This document shows, in pieces, positions 1 through 11,025 of a stretch of 64,000 nucleotides of DNA. The stretch's first letter is position 1. Every line of letters starts with the position of its first letter. The notes under the pieces were generated by a model. It did no database searches. It was not told where the DNA came from and saw nothing but the letters and a program-made list of their open reading frames with translations. A program made the translations under genes and the position numbers. Source of the DNA: a virus. The stretch is from positions 32,001 to 96,000 of IMG/VR virus record IMGVR_UViG_3300008267_000004. One strand, 5' to 3'.

Positions 1-3000
1 TTATTATTTATCTCACTATCCCCAAAAGATCCAGTATTTATATAAGCAGGCCAATCACAGGCTATACCAGCTTTAATACTATTAAATAATATACCAGGTG
101 AAAATAAAGGTTGAGTTAAGGAAAGCATCTGTTGATTATATGTTGGACCGAGATAATCAGTTGCTCCATATGATACAGTATGTCTTCCCCTTTCTGTTGA
201 ATCCCCAACCCATGAATTACAAAAATGGTAAAATAATTGTACAGATCTCTCTGAAGGATAAAATCCTTTATATGGCAACAGCTTTTTGATACCATCAATA
301 GTTATTTCTAATTTCTTATTACCTATTTCTTCAAAAATATCAGAATGGAAGTTGTTGGTTAAATTTAGATTGCCTGTAACATTTATAAATTCTTCGTCTG
401 CTCCATCTAAAGATAAATAAGAAGAAGTATATATAGCATTAAAATCACCATTGTTATCTTTTATATAAAAGTCAGAAACATCATGAAATTTATATTCTGG
501 TACGTAAGAATATTCATATGCTGAATATTTAATATCTTCATAAAAATCTTGATAAGAATCAAAAAATGGTTTTTTACCACTAGAAGTCATTGTATATGTT
601 GTTCCTGTATTAAATGAAACAAACTCAACCCCTCCAGTAACAAACTTTGGGCCTGGATTCATAAAGAACAATTGTGGTCTTGGGATAAATTCACTATTTG
701 ACATTGATAATACAGAAAATAATGTCTCATATTCCGTATATGGAACCAACTCTCCATATATATAATTACTTCCAGTCATAATATGACTTAATCTTGATCC
801 TATCGTAACACTTCTTGTAATTAATGGACTAAATGATTTATCTAATTCAAAAATACTAGAAGTGTGGAAAGTATCAAAAGAAGAAGTTAGAGGGTGTACT
901 AAGTATAAATGGTTAGGATGTGCTAACCAATTATCATTATAATGACAAGCTGTAATTATATCTGATCTTACAGTTTTTCCTCTTAGAGTGTTAGATCCTG
1001 AAAAATAAGATGAATAAGAACTTGATTCAAGAGCACCAAAAGAACTGGTTGAAATATGTGTTGATCTTATTCTATTTAATATATTATCTTTCCAAAAAGT
1101 TCTCACATTAGCAATATTTCCATTTCTTCCATTTGATCCCGTAGTTCCATCTGATTCATAGTTTGGTTTACTTCTTATTCTACTAAGAGTTGAATATAAT
1201 TTAGAAGGGAATATTTTTTTCTTATGTTCCGCTCTTTTTAGCTCAAACGAAGAATTGTTCTCATATAAAAATCTATATTTAGAATAGTCTAGTTTATTTA
1301 TTTCCACATCTTTAATGTCTAGTTTTAATTGAAGACCTTCATTTGCGAATGAAGAAGAAATATTATCATATTCATTTAGCATGTATGGCTCATAAAATAT
1401 TTTATTTTCTTCTAATTTATATTGATTTGTTAAAATAGAGTTTTTTGTTTTATCTAGGATCACTTGCTTAATAGGATAGTTATACTGCACAGGCGGTTCT
1501 TTGTACGAGCTAAATGTATTCAAAAACCCACTTGATTGTCTATCCTGTGTAGATATTTCATTATCTTGAACTGTTATAATATTTTCTTTTTTGTTTAATC
1601 TAACTAAATTGTTATCGTTATTTCTTATCTGTTTCCAAGAAGGATATCTATAAACTGAGTTATTATTTAACAAAAATTCTCTATATGGATTTCTATTAGG
1701 TCCGCTTAAATCAGTTAATGCTTCATTATTTAAATATACAAGATTAGATGATCTATCATATGTTTTAGTATTTCCCATAAAGATATTGCTTACTGATACT
1801 GGTTCTACTTTTTTGATTACATTATAAATGTTCGGCGGAGAATTAAGGAAATCATATACATAGAAACTGATATTTTCTAATGTACCGCTTGTATCTCTAA
1901 CATATAAACCAGCTGCTGTCATATCATAATTAGTGAAGCTGGAATATTGAATTATTCTATTTGTAAGTCTTGCGGATGATATATCCCAAGCAGTTGAAAG
2001 AGTAAATTCATATAATCCGTCTGGTAACAACAATGGATCGTCGTCTTGAACGTCAGAACTGACATATAATTTTGTTCCATCAGAAGAAAATCTAATTGAG
2101 TCAGGATTTCCCATTAAAACAGCACATCCAGTAAGACTTGTTGCAAAACTACTAGATGTATGAATTTCTGCGCTATCGCGAGTAACACCAGCATTAATTG
2201 TAAACGGAGTAGCTAAAGAAAATTGATATATTTTTTTATCTACATTGTTAGCTATGTACATCTTTGTACCATCTGGTTTAAACTCTAATCCCTTACCCAT
2301 GTTAGAACCAGTAACTAGCGTTTGTGCTGCAACTGTAGATAATTTTAAAAAGTTCCAAGCATCTGCAGCTGCTAAAGTAGAAGATTTTGTTATTCTTGAG
2401 TTGTATTCATCTAGTATAAAAATTTCTCTTCCATTGGGATTAATCCAAATTCCTTGAGGATATATACCAGCAGCACTTCCACCTAAAAGAGTTCCAATGT
2501 TAATAGACCCAGTAGATATAATACTTGTTATATCCCAAGCATATTGAAGATCATATTGCCATAATGTAGAATTTGCAGCCACACCGCCAGCAGTAGCATA
2601 AAGTCTTTTTCCATCTGGTTTAAAATATATCTCTAGGCCATATTGAACTATTGAATCTCTATTTTTTACATAAATAGACTCTATTGTTTCATTGACACCT
2701 GTTAAGAAAGTTATATAGTTGGCTAAACTAGATGATGCTTGGCTGTTTATATAACCACCAATCCCTAAATTACCAGTTACAGAAGCTGTAATCCAGCTAT
2801 AATTTCTATCAGATCTAGGAATTTGGTGCTGGACAAATTGATTATCGTATTCTACTCCTTGAGTGGTTATGGTTGTTGAAGTACCTGATAAAACTGCTTG
2901 ATAAAGAGCATTTTTATTTACCTTGTGTAAAGAAGGAAAATTTGAATCAATACTAGAAGTATTTGAATGCCAAGCATTTAAATATTTTCTTACTTTTTGG

Positions 3001-6000
3001 TTTCTATTATTTATTGAGTTATATACACTATACTCTTCACTATCTTCGTCTAATGCTCCTCTTGCATTTGTTTCTGCACCAGGGGTTGAGAATCTATTAA
3101 CTATAACTGTTGAATTTGCTTTTCTTTCTCTTAATTGTTTTTCTCTAAATATACTATTAGAACTTGCAGTAGAAGAATAGTTCATGGCTCCACTGTTAAT
3201 CAATTCAGTGTTTGTATCATATCTGCTATTTAAAGATAATACTTCATATCCTTTACTATAATTACCAAGTTCTTCTTTAGAAATATTATGTTGAATATTT
3301 CTTATATTCACCGGACTTTTAATTCTTGTATTTCTGTATAACAATCCATTAATCGATGCAGCTGGTGCTACAGAAGAAGATCCATCTGTCAGATATAATT
3401 CTTTTCTATCTAAAGTTTGATTAATAGAATTATGTCTATGAGAGTTCCCGCCTACATGTGCATCGGTAAATGGTCCTTGTAAACCAATTTCTCTTGTTTC
3501 TGTATAGGCATCAGAAAAGTTATTAGTAATATAATTTGTATTATTTGATGTATTTTTAAATACACTGAAAGGTAAAATGCCTTCAGAGTTTAAAGAAAAT
3601 AGATCATCCAGATTCCCACTTATTGAAGTATACAATTTTTGCTTCAATAGCGATAAATCTTCAGTTGATTCATTGACACTGGCTGAGAAGATTATATTAA
3701 AATTATTTCCCTGTGCATATAGACTCTTTATAAATTTATACTTATTCATTGGTTTTAAGTCATGAACACTTGAAACCACTGATAATGCATTTGAAAATAA
3801 TCTAACTTTATCTTCATAATTGTTATAAGCTATATTTAAATTTTTATCAAATGCGTTATAAATTGTATTTATATTCTTATGATATGAAGCCTTTCTGATC
3901 TGTTCTCTATCTGCATCAACTTCTAAAACTCCACTCGAAGAGGAAACATCGGTCACTCTATTCGCTCTTTGTTTTGCCCATGTTTTTCCAGAAGGAGAAG
4001 AAGGTGGTTTAATATCGCTATAATTAATATTTGTTGTTGTGATAGATGTTGGACTAGAAATAAATATGCTTTTTTGTGGAGGATTGCTTATCATAGAAAA
4101 AGCTCTAGATTGACGGATTTTATTTCTTTCCATCACATGGCTTTCTATTGTATTTGATATAAAGTTATTAGATTGTGCTGAAGCTGGAACTAGTCTTGAT
4201 AGCATTTCTATTATAGAAGAATCTATCCATTTATAGAATTCTATATATTTTTCTAGATCTGGTGTAGAACCTAGTTTGTTAAAATATAGAGTTCTAAAAT
4301 ATTCTAATTGTTTATAGTTATCTGAATAGTTATTTATTTTGTGACCAATTATTGTATTTAAATCATTTACAGAAGAGAATAATTTTATAGCATCTTCTGA
4401 AATTGTTTGATACATGCTTTTTTCAAAAATCATCTGATAATCAGTTGTCTTAACATCTTTATTTGTTCTAATAGTTTCATTGCTTACTATTTGAATCATA
4501 TCATCACCAGAAATTATTTCTGGTAGCTTACTTTTATTTGATGAAAGATAATATGATTTACCGACTTCTGAATTACTAGATGGGAATCCGTATCCCCTCG
4601 CACTATGTTTTTTAAATAAGTTTTGACTATAATCACCATATCTTCTATCGTTTAAACTACCAGAAGATAAATCGTATGAGTAGAAATTACCACCAGAATT
4701 AGATCCTGTAATATTATCAAAATTCCAATGAAGAACTAATGTATCCAAATTAGTAATATTCAATGTTCTTAGGGAATTGATTCCTTTATAAGCTATGGCA
4801 TCAGGATCTTTTATTCCATAAAGATCAGGGTTTAATGCATGGTTATTTATCTGTGTGTTATCTAAGTAATTTAGCCAATACTTAACAGAAAACACTCCAA
4901 CATCAGAATAATTTATAACTGATCCTGTAAAGTTTTGTCTATTTGCTCCAACATATAACCTTCTAAAGTTTTTTAATGCAGAAACTGCTGTCGCGTTAGT
5001 TATTGTTGTGGAGCTAGAGAAAGAATTTACTATATCGCCGGCAACCGTATTTACGCCATAAAATTCTAATCTATAATCTTCACTGGCTGAAGCAAAAGAA
5101 ATGTCAGCTAATTCATATTTTGGATGCAATATTCTAACAGCTAAATTCCATCTTTCATCATTATAGGCATTATATATGATTGGCGATTCTAAGTATTTTC
5201 CTCCAAAAGCAGAAGAACTTAAAACAAATCTTATATGAGGACTCTCATATGAAGTTTTTACAGCATAGACTTGAAAATTAAAATTGTCTGGGGATTGAAA
5301 TGAAAGATCTCTTTCATCTGAAGCTGCTTGATACACACCATATATAGAAGATGTTAGGTATCCAAACTCAAAATATTGAGGTGAGTCATCTTCAAATTTT
5401 TTAGGAAGAAATATTTCTGCTTCTATTGTATTTGGCACTAATTCAAAATTATTTAAAGAAGAAGAAATTCTTAGATATCCTCTTTCATCTGATTGTCCAA
5501 ACACAGAAGCTGATTGAAATACAGTAGCTGAGAAACTTGAAGTATTATTAAAATTAACATATCTTCTTGTATATGTTTCTTGCTCCAAATTATCTTCTAT
5601 CAAATACTCTGAATTATTTGCATATATATTAGGTTTTACTATTTTTTCATCGATTCCAAAAGTTCTTAGAAGATTTCTTATTGATTTTGATGTTCCCTTA
5701 GATTTATATAAATAAATTAAATTATTGTATATATTTCTTAGTATTTGATTTTTTACTTCATGTACTTTTTCATCAAAATTTAAGTTTTTATTTTTTGAAT
5801 CCAATAATTCATATAAAGAGGTGTCTGAAAGAATATCCGACACATCGAAATCATATGAAGTTAAAATTTTATCGTAGAAAGGTAGTGCTTTTTCACTTCC
5901 AAATGAAGGATATTCTGAATATCCAAGAGTTTTTAATTTATCTATTTGTACATGCAAATTATCAAAATAACTTCCAATAATTTGCATCAAATTTTTAATT

Positions 6001-7367
6001 TCATCTCGTCCTTCTCTTTGCTCTTCTTCAACAATCCAAGAAGGAATTGTATTTATAAGCATATTTGGATTATTTTCATCATACTCACTACCAGTGGTTT
6101 CATATAGAGAGTATAAGTTTACAACATCAGAGTGATTTGCATAAATAATTGGATCTTTTGGTTCAGTAATGCTTGGATTAGCTAATTCCATAGCTGAACC
6201 AGTTGATCTATCAGAAGAATTAAAATAATTTACTATTGTTCCATTGCAGATATGTCCTGAGTAATCCAAACATATTGAATCTATACTAGAAGTTCCTGTA
6301 GTGCCTTCATTAAATTTATAGTAAACTCCTAAGTTTTGATTATTTTCATCATTGTTAACACCGCCTCCGACATGAGAATACATGTTTAATCTAATGTCAG
6401 ATTCATCTCTTTCCTCATTCCAGAATCTAAATTCATCAAATGAGCCATATACAGAATATAAAGTTGGACCCTGTGTTAGTCCAAGTGTAGATAACATACC
6501 ACTTCCCAGAACACCTGTAATATTATAAGAAGATGATAAAAATCCATTTGTAGTTTGTCCTGCTGAAGCACTTGTTGATACTAATACTCCATCTAAGTAA
6601 ACTTTTGTAACTAAGTTGGATCCGCTATTTATAACTGAAATAGCGTAATGATGCCAACTATCTATCTGTGTAGTTACGGAAGAAATTGTTTTAACACTAT
6701 TAACATATCCATATGAACCAGATCTATAAGTAAGAACTAAATTACTGTCCTGAAAGTAGCCAGCAAATCTTCCATAATCACTACTAGAAGCGGTTACATT
6801 ATTCCAAAAATCAAATACTCTTTGAATATTGCTTGGGGATCCATTTCTTTTAAACCAAAATTCAATAGTATTGCCTCTTCTACCATCTAAATTAAGATTA
6901 TAATTAATGTCTGATTCCGTTTTATCGGCTTTTGTAAAAATAGAACTAGAGTTATAGTTTCCATAAAATATTATATATTGAGGTCTTGATGTTGTGGTGG
7001 AAGAAACATAGTAAGAATTCCAAGATGAAGAACCTAAATTAATAAAGCCAGTTGTTTTTGGATAAGAATTGTCTAAAATATGCAAATCTAGATCAGTTGC
7101 ATTATTTCTCCACTCTTGTCTTTCTTTTTTAGATCCATCATATGGATAAGTTAAATAAATATTATTAATAGAATCTGTATAATATTTTTCTGCAGATCCA
7201 TACCTTGCAAAATAACTAGCAGTTGAGTAGTCTACTGGATAGTAGGTTCTTTCCCTCTCAGTAACTGCTTGCTCCATGTATTCCTTAGAGCCGAGTTTTT
7301 CATTTATACTATCTAATGATTCTTTTTGAGTGCTGTTATTTAATTCTAATAAGTCTTTTAGATTCAT
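1..7367 (-). CDS. Giant baseplate/tail protein (>2455 aa, runs off the left edge); gp7/P2-gpI-like wedge segment, LamG-like domains and beta-propeller repeats
   Basis: ATG at 7367 right after the previous stop. Frame is open wherever spot-translated (about 7367-5550, and near 4000, 2600, 2050 and 1-50). Motifs: YLYKSKGTSKSIRNLLRTFGI; TIEFWFK..WHHYAI..VYLDG..FDEFRFW (LamG-like); FKPDGKRLY/FKPDGTKMY/FSSDGTKLY repeats. Probably missing from the track because it has no stop in the window. Confidence 0.8.
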   Translation of the reverse strand, partial: MNLKDLLELNNSTQKESLDSINEKLGSKEYMEQAVTERERTYYPVDYSTASYFARYGSAEKYYTDSINNIYLTYPYDGSKKERQEWRNNATDLDLHILDNSYPKTTGFINLGSSSWNSYYVSSTTTSRPQYIIFYGNYNSSSIFTKADKTESDINYNLNLDGRRGNTIEFWFKRNGSPSNIQRVFDFWNNVTASSSDYGRFAGYFQDSNLVLTYRSGSYGYVNSVKTISSVTTQIDSWHHYAISVINSGSNLVTKVYLDGVLVSTSASAGQTTNGFLSSSYNITGVLGSGMLSTLGLTQGPTLYSVYGSFDEFRFWNEERDESDIRLNMYSHVGGGVNNDENNQNLGVYYKFNEGTTGTSSIDSICLDYSGHICNGTIVNYFNSSDRSTGSAMELANPSITEPKDPIIYANHSDVVNLYSLYETTGSEYDENNPNMLINTIPSWIVEEEQREGRDEIKNLMQIIGSYFDNLHVQIDKLKTLGYSEYPSFGSEKALPFYDKILTSYDFDVSDILSDTSLYELLDSKNKNLNFDEKVHEVKNQILRNIYNNLIYLYKSKGTSKSIRNLLRTFGIDEKIVKPNIYANNSEYLIEDNLEQETYTRRYVNFNNTSSFSATVFQSASVFGQSDERGYLRISSSLNNFELVPNTIEAEIFLPKKFEDDSPQYFEFGYLTSSIYGVYQAASDERDLSFQSPDNFNFQVYAVKTSYESPHIRFVLSSSAFGGKYLESPIIYNAYNDERWNLAVRILHPKYELADISFASASEDYRLEFYGVNTVAGDIVNSFSSSTTITNATAVSALKNFRRLYVGANRQNFTGSVINYSDVGVFSVKYWLNYLDNTQINNHALNPDLYGIKDPDAIAYKGINSLRTLNITNLDTLVLHWNFDNITGSNSGGNFYSYDLSSGSLNDRRYGDYSQNLFKKHSARGYGFPSSNSEVGKSYYLSSNKSKLPEIISGDDMIQIVSNETIRTNKDVKTTDYQMIFEKSMYQTISEDAIKLFSSVNDLNTIIGHKINNYSDNYKQLEYFRTLYFNKLGSTPDLEKYIEFYKWIDSSIIEMLSRLVPASAQSNNFISNTIESHVMERNKIRQSRAFSMISNPPQKSIFISSPTSITTTNINYSDIKPPSSPSGKTWAKQRANRVTDVSSSSGVLEVDADREQIRKASYHKNINTIYNAFDKNLNIAYNNYEDKVRLFSNALSVVSSVHDLKPMNKYKFIKSLYAQGNNFNIIFSASVNESTEDLSLLKQKLYTSISGNLDDLFSLNSEGILPFSVFKNTSNNTNYITNNFSDAYTETREIGLQGPFTDAHVGGNSHRHNSINQTLDRKELYLTDGSSSVAPAASINGLLYRNTRIKSPVNIRNIQHNISKEELGNYSKGYEVLSLNSRYDTNTELINSGAMNYSSTASSNSIFREKQLRERKANSTVIVNRFSTPGAETNARGALDEDSEEYSVYNSINNRNQKVRKYLNAWHSNTSSIDSNFPSLHKVNKNALYQAVLSGTSTTITTQGVEYDNQFVQHQIPRSDRNYSWITASVTGNLGIGGYINSQASSSLANYITFLTGVNETIESIYVKNRDSIVQYGLEIYFKPDGKRLYATAGGVAANSTLWQYDLQYAWDITSIISTGSINIGTLLGGSAAGIYPQGIWINPNGREIFILDEYNSRITKSSTLAAADAWNFLKLSTVAAQTLVTGSNMGKGLEFKPDGTKMYIANNVDKKIYQFSLATPFTINAGVTRDSAEIHTSSSFATSLTGCAVLMGNPDSIRFSSDGTKLYVSSDVQDDDPLLLPDGLYEFTLSTAWDISSARLTNRIIQYSSFTNYDMTAAGLYVRDTSGTLENISFYVYDFLNSPPNIYNVIKKVEPVSVSNIFMGNTKTYDRSSNLVYLNNEALTDLSGPNRNPYREFLLNNNSVYRYPSWKQIRNNDNNLVRLNKKENIITVQDNEISTQDRQSSGFLNTFSSYKEPPVQYNYPIKQVILDKTKNSILTNQYKLEENKIFYEPYMLNEYDNISSSFANEGLQLKLDIKDVEINKLDYSKYRFLYENNSSFELKRAEHKKKIFPSKLYSTLSRIRSKPNYESDGTTGSNGRNGNIANVRTFWKDNILNRIRSTHISTSSFGALESSSYSSYFSGSNTLRGKTVRSDIITACHYNDNWLAHPNHLYLVHPLTSSFDTFHTSSIFELDKSFSPLITRSVTIGSRLSHIMTGSNYIYGELVPYTEYETLFSVLSMSNSEFIPRPQLFFMNPGPKFVTGGVEFVSFNTGTTYTMTSSGKKPFFDSYQDFYEDIKYSAYEYSYVPEYKFHDVSDFYIKDNNGDFNAIYTSSYLSLDGADEEFINVTGNLNLTNNFHSDIFEEIGNKKLEITIDGIKKLLPYKGFYPSERSVQLFYHFCNSWVGDSTERGRHTVSYGATDYLGPTYNQQMLSLTQPLFSPGILFNSIKAGIACDWPAYINTGSFGDSEINN

Positions 7368-7369
7368 TT

Positions 7370-8794
7370 TTATTCAACCCTAAATTTATATACTTGCTTA
7401 TATTCTTCTAAAACGTTTCCATCCCACCTAGCTAATTGTAAACCATAAGAATAATCAGGCTCTAAAATATTCATGTCAAAATTAAAATAATTTCCATTTG
7501 TGTCATATGAGGTTTTTGTATATTCTAATGAGCCAGTTGAGTATGGTACTATTTCAAGTCCATCATCTATTCTATATATTCTATAGAATAGATTTTTAAC
7601 AACAGAATTTTCTATATTTCTTGTTGAGACACTATAGACGTTTGGATCCCAATCTTTCAGTCTACTAAATATTCTAAATATAACATTTTCTCCACTTGAG
7701 TATTTAGTTTTCATATTGGTAATTGAAAAAACATATTGTTCATTTGAATAAAAATCTTGTGCATTATATTGATTAACATCAAAAGAACTAGAAAAGTATA
7801 TTACTGATTGGTTACCAGATAAATGCCATTTATCATATAAAGCACTTGCAGTAGTAGACACTCTAATACTTGCTTTATAAACCCCAATAGAAGGATTACT
7901 TACAGAAGAAGAAACAACAGATACTTGATTTGTATAATTACTGTCTGAATATAATTTAATTTGTAGATTAGGATTGGAATTTATATTTTTTAATTTTCCA
8001 TTAAATCTATTGTAAAAATATAAATTATATGTATTATCAGAATCACTTAAAAGACTGCTTGTAGAATAAAAGGATCCCCTATCGTCTTTAACTACATCTT
8101 CCCATCTACATTCTATTATTGGTTTTTTAAAGAAATATTGAGTTCCTCTTGAGAAGAATTTTTTTGTATAATAACTATTTCGCTTACTTCCATCTTCGTA
8201 AGAACCAGATAATTTTACTAAAAATCCATTATTATTTAATGTACCACTTATCCAATTTTCTACTAAGTTTGTTACATCTACTTCTAAATCTTCATTTCCT
8301 TTTAAAAAGTGTTGTTTTATATCATAACTTTGGGTTATAAAAGAACTACCAGTTCCTTCCCATGCAGATCCAGATTTTGCATATATCCAGTTAGTCCCGT
8401 ACCCATTATAAACTCCAAACCCTGGATCTGAATAATTTTCCATATCTAATCCATATCCTTCATCCCACGATTGAGATAGCGGATAAACAGAAAGATAATA
8501 ATCTTTTGGAAGGCTGAATGGATGTTGTGCGTTATATAATTTAAAAAAGAAACTTACGCTACCAGAGGCTGGAATTTTTCCAGAAGCTCTATCGGATATA
8601 ATATCTGATACTGGGAATCTTACTAGTGCTCTTGATAATTCTAAAGAAGAGGTTGTAACTTGAGCATATAAAGAAAATACCTCCATAGAATCAGAAGCCC
8701 CCATATTTGAGCCAGTTGCCCTATAGACAAGATTTTCTTTATAAGCATTTGTTATGGTAGTATCTGCTTCCGCATTATATCTTTTGATAGACAT
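7370..8794 (-). CDS. Virion structural protein of the baseplate module
   Basis: 474-aa ORF coupled to the gp6-like gene; Ser/Asn/Tyr-rich beta-type sequence. Confidence 0.6.
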   Translation of the reverse strand: MSIKRYNAEADTTITNAYKENLVYRATGSNMGASDSMEVFSLYAQVTTSSLELSRALVRFPVSDIISDRASGKIPASGSVSFFFKLYNAQHPFSLPKDYYLSVYPLSQSWDEGYGLDMENYSDPGFGVYNGYGTNWIYAKSGSAWEGTGSSFITQSYDIKQHFLKGNEDLEVDVTNLVENWISGTLNNNGFLVKLSGSYEDGSKRNSYYTKKFFSRGTQYFFKKPIIECRWEDVVKDDRGSFYSTSSLLSDSDNTYNLYFYNRFNGKLKNINSNPNLQIKLYSDSNYTNQVSVVSSSVSNPSIGVYKASIRVSTTASALYDKWHLSGNQSVIYFSSSFDVNQYNAQDFYSNEQYVFSITNMKTKYSSGENVIFRIFSRLKDWDPNVYSVSTRNIENSVVKNLFYRIYRIDDGLEIVPYSTGSLEYTKTSYDTNGNYFNFDMNILEPDYSYGLQLARWDGNVLEEYKQVYKFRVE

Positions 8795-10599
8795 TAAATT
8801 ATTCTTCCTTCAACGTCAGATGTTGGGTATTTTAATTCCATTACAACATTTTTTGGAACTCTAATAAATGTACCGTCTTTAGTCATATTTTCATCAAAAT
8901 TAAATGAATAGTTTGAATAAGATACGGTTGATGAATCTAATTTATTTGTGATCATTACAGATCTTACGTCTATTAATCCATCAACCTTTCTTAATGCATT
9001 GTACACTCTAGCAATATGTAAATGTTCTCCTATGTCCATTTTTATAGAAAATTCATTTATAACAGCTTGAATTCCATTAGCTAAAACATCGTATTTATTA
9101 TAATTTCTGTCTATCATAGCAGTAAAATATATTCCAAAGTTAACTACATATGGATCTAAAATTTCTATATTATCATTTATCATTTTACTCTTATTTAGCC
9201 AATTCTTTAAATTATTTTTTGTAGAATTATTAGCAGACACTAAATTTCCATCATCATCCTCTGAAAGAACATAGAGGTTAATTTTCTTTTGTCCAGCGTG
9301 ATAACCCTGCATTGCTCTTACTCTTCTTATTGCACCATATTTTCCAGGCATATTATAACATAAAGCTTCATAATCACTTGTTGTTACTGCTCTGTTTTGT
9401 GCTGAAAAAGTACCATAGATTTTATTTTTTATTTCTTCGGATGTAAATTCATCTTGAAATCCAACTATAGGGAACTCATTTGTAACTCTTATTCCATTTC
9501 TTACTATAGCTAACATTCCTATATCTAGATTTTGCTGGTCTTGAAATTCCAGTACTGGATTTGCAACTCTTGTTATAGAATTTGATGGGGTTGCCATCAT
9601 AATTGTTTCGTCTGCTCGATATTTAATGGTAATTATTGTATTCGATGGTGCTATTCCTAGTTTATCATTTGATACTAAAATAGAAGGATCAAAACTTTCA
9701 TCCGTTATGTAGTCTTTTCCATAAGAATTAATTACAACATTGGATGGATCTAATTTTTTATTATTATTAAATATTGTAGAGGAATCACTAGCACCTCCAA
9801 ATTGTATATAAACACCATCATCTTCTCGTACAACAATAAACCTTCTTGCAACTCCATAAGGTTTTAAAAGAGAAGGAGTCTGAGATCTTTGCGAAGCGTC
9901 TGGATTTAAAGTAGATCTATAAATTACATTTTGCGTTAGATAATCGACTTCATAATACTCATTTCCGTTTGTATCTACTACTGATAATATCTCACTTATA
10001 TTATTAAAGCCTACTTTTACTTTTTTAAATTTTTCAAAATCTCCTATTGAAATAGTAGTTTCTTCCTCTAGACCAGAAATTACTTTTCCATATGTTTTAG
10101 CAACAAATTGAAAAGGGCTATTTTCATTAATTTTTGATTTTCTAATTTCTGTATTAGATGTTGTCATCACAACATCATCTATTAATGTATAATTATTTCC
10201 GTTATTGGAAGAAAAAGAAGTACCTTTTTTTATAACTGGGAGATAGTTGCTATCATAAGAAGTACCGAAAGAGTTGGCTGGAATTGGAACATAAATTGTT
10301 ACAATTCCAGATGCTGCAGTTGCTAATTTTGGCCTGTATCCTAATGCTTTTCCTAGTTTTAAAATATTTCCATACTCTATCGCTGTTGCCAAAAATGATT
10401 CATTTGCCTGGTAATCTAGGTAGTACGATAAAACATCTCCAACATAAGCAACCATATCAGTAACAAGAGATCCAAAAGATCCCTCATTAAAATCTTGATG
10501 AACATCTGGATAATATTTCTTGGCGTAATTAACTAAATCAGTTTTTATACTATCAAAATCCCTTGATGTATACCTAATAATTGGCGTTCTTTTAGACAT
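8794..10599 (-). CDS. Baseplate wedge subunit, T4 gp6/baseplate J-like
   Basis: N-terminal YTSRDFDSIKTDL..DFNEGS..DMVAYVGDVLSYYLDYQANESFLATA; later QNRAVTTSDYE. Confidence 0.9.
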   Translation of the reverse strand: MSKRTPIIRYTSRDFDSIKTDLVNYAKKYYPDVHQDFNEGSFGSLVTDMVAYVGDVLSYYLDYQANESFLATAIEYGNILKLGKALGYRPKLATAASGIVTIYVPIPANSFGTSYDSNYLPVIKKGTSFSSNNGNNYTLIDDVVMTTSNTEIRKSKINENSPFQFVAKTYGKVISGLEEETTISIGDFEKFKKVKVGFNNISEILSVVDTNGNEYYEVDYLTQNVIYRSTLNPDASQRSQTPSLLKPYGVARRFIVVREDDGVYIQFGGASDSSTIFNNNKKLDPSNVVINSYGKDYITDESFDPSILVSNDKLGIAPSNTIITIKYRADETIMMATPSNSITRVANPVLEFQDQQNLDIGMLAIVRNGIRVTNEFPIVGFQDEFTSEEIKNKIYGTFSAQNRAVTTSDYEALCYNMPGKYGAIRRVRAMQGYHAGQKKINLYVLSEDDDGNLVSANNSTKNNLKNWLNKSKMINDNIEILDPYVVNFGIYFTAMIDRNYNKYDVLANGIQAVINEFSIKMDIGEHLHIARVYNALRKVDGLIDVRSVMITNKLDSSTVSYSNYSFNFDENMTKDGTFIRVPKNVVMELKYPTSDVEGRII

Positions 10600-10622
10600 T
10601 TTTTTCCCTCTCAGAAATATAA

Positions 10623-11009
10623 TTAGTCTGGGTTAAGAATTAATTCGATACTATCTCTTTCTTTTAGAGAAGGAACAGAATAAGAAATTGAAATAAAAAC
10701 AGCATTTTGTTCTTGTGGCAAAATATCCGTTATATCTATATCTTGAATTATAATATATGGCATATATTTTTGTATTTGATTCCTTATTATTCTTTCCATA
10801 TCTATTTCAGATACTGATTCTTTTCTGTTAAAAAATAGCAATCTTTTAGCACCGACTCCATAATCAGTATTCATAATTCTCTCACCGGGATTAGTTAAGA
10901 TAAGCATTTTTAAATTTTGCTTTATAACCTCTCGTAGATCTTTATTCATCTTATAAAAACCATCACCAGCATCATATTTTAATGGAACTTGAACGGAATA
11001 CCCTTTCAT
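10623..11009 (-). CDS. Baseplate gp25-like protein (sheath initiator)
   Basis: QNLKMLILTNPGERIMNTDYGVG motif; next to the gp6-like gene. Confidence 0.9.
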   Translation of the reverse strand: MKGYSVQVPLKYDAGDGFYKMNKDLREVIKQNLKMLILTNPGERIMNTDYGVGAKRLLFFNRKESVSEIDMERIIRNQIQKYMPYIIIQDIDITDILPQEQNAVFISISYSVPSLKERDSIELILNPD

Positions 11010-11025
11010 CTATTTTCCTCATATT

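Noticed and set aside
1-7367. Apparent 7-kb gene desert suggesting stop-codon recoding
   Set aside because: One minus-strand frame is open in the standard code wherever checked and simply runs off the window; all other genes are intact under the standard code.
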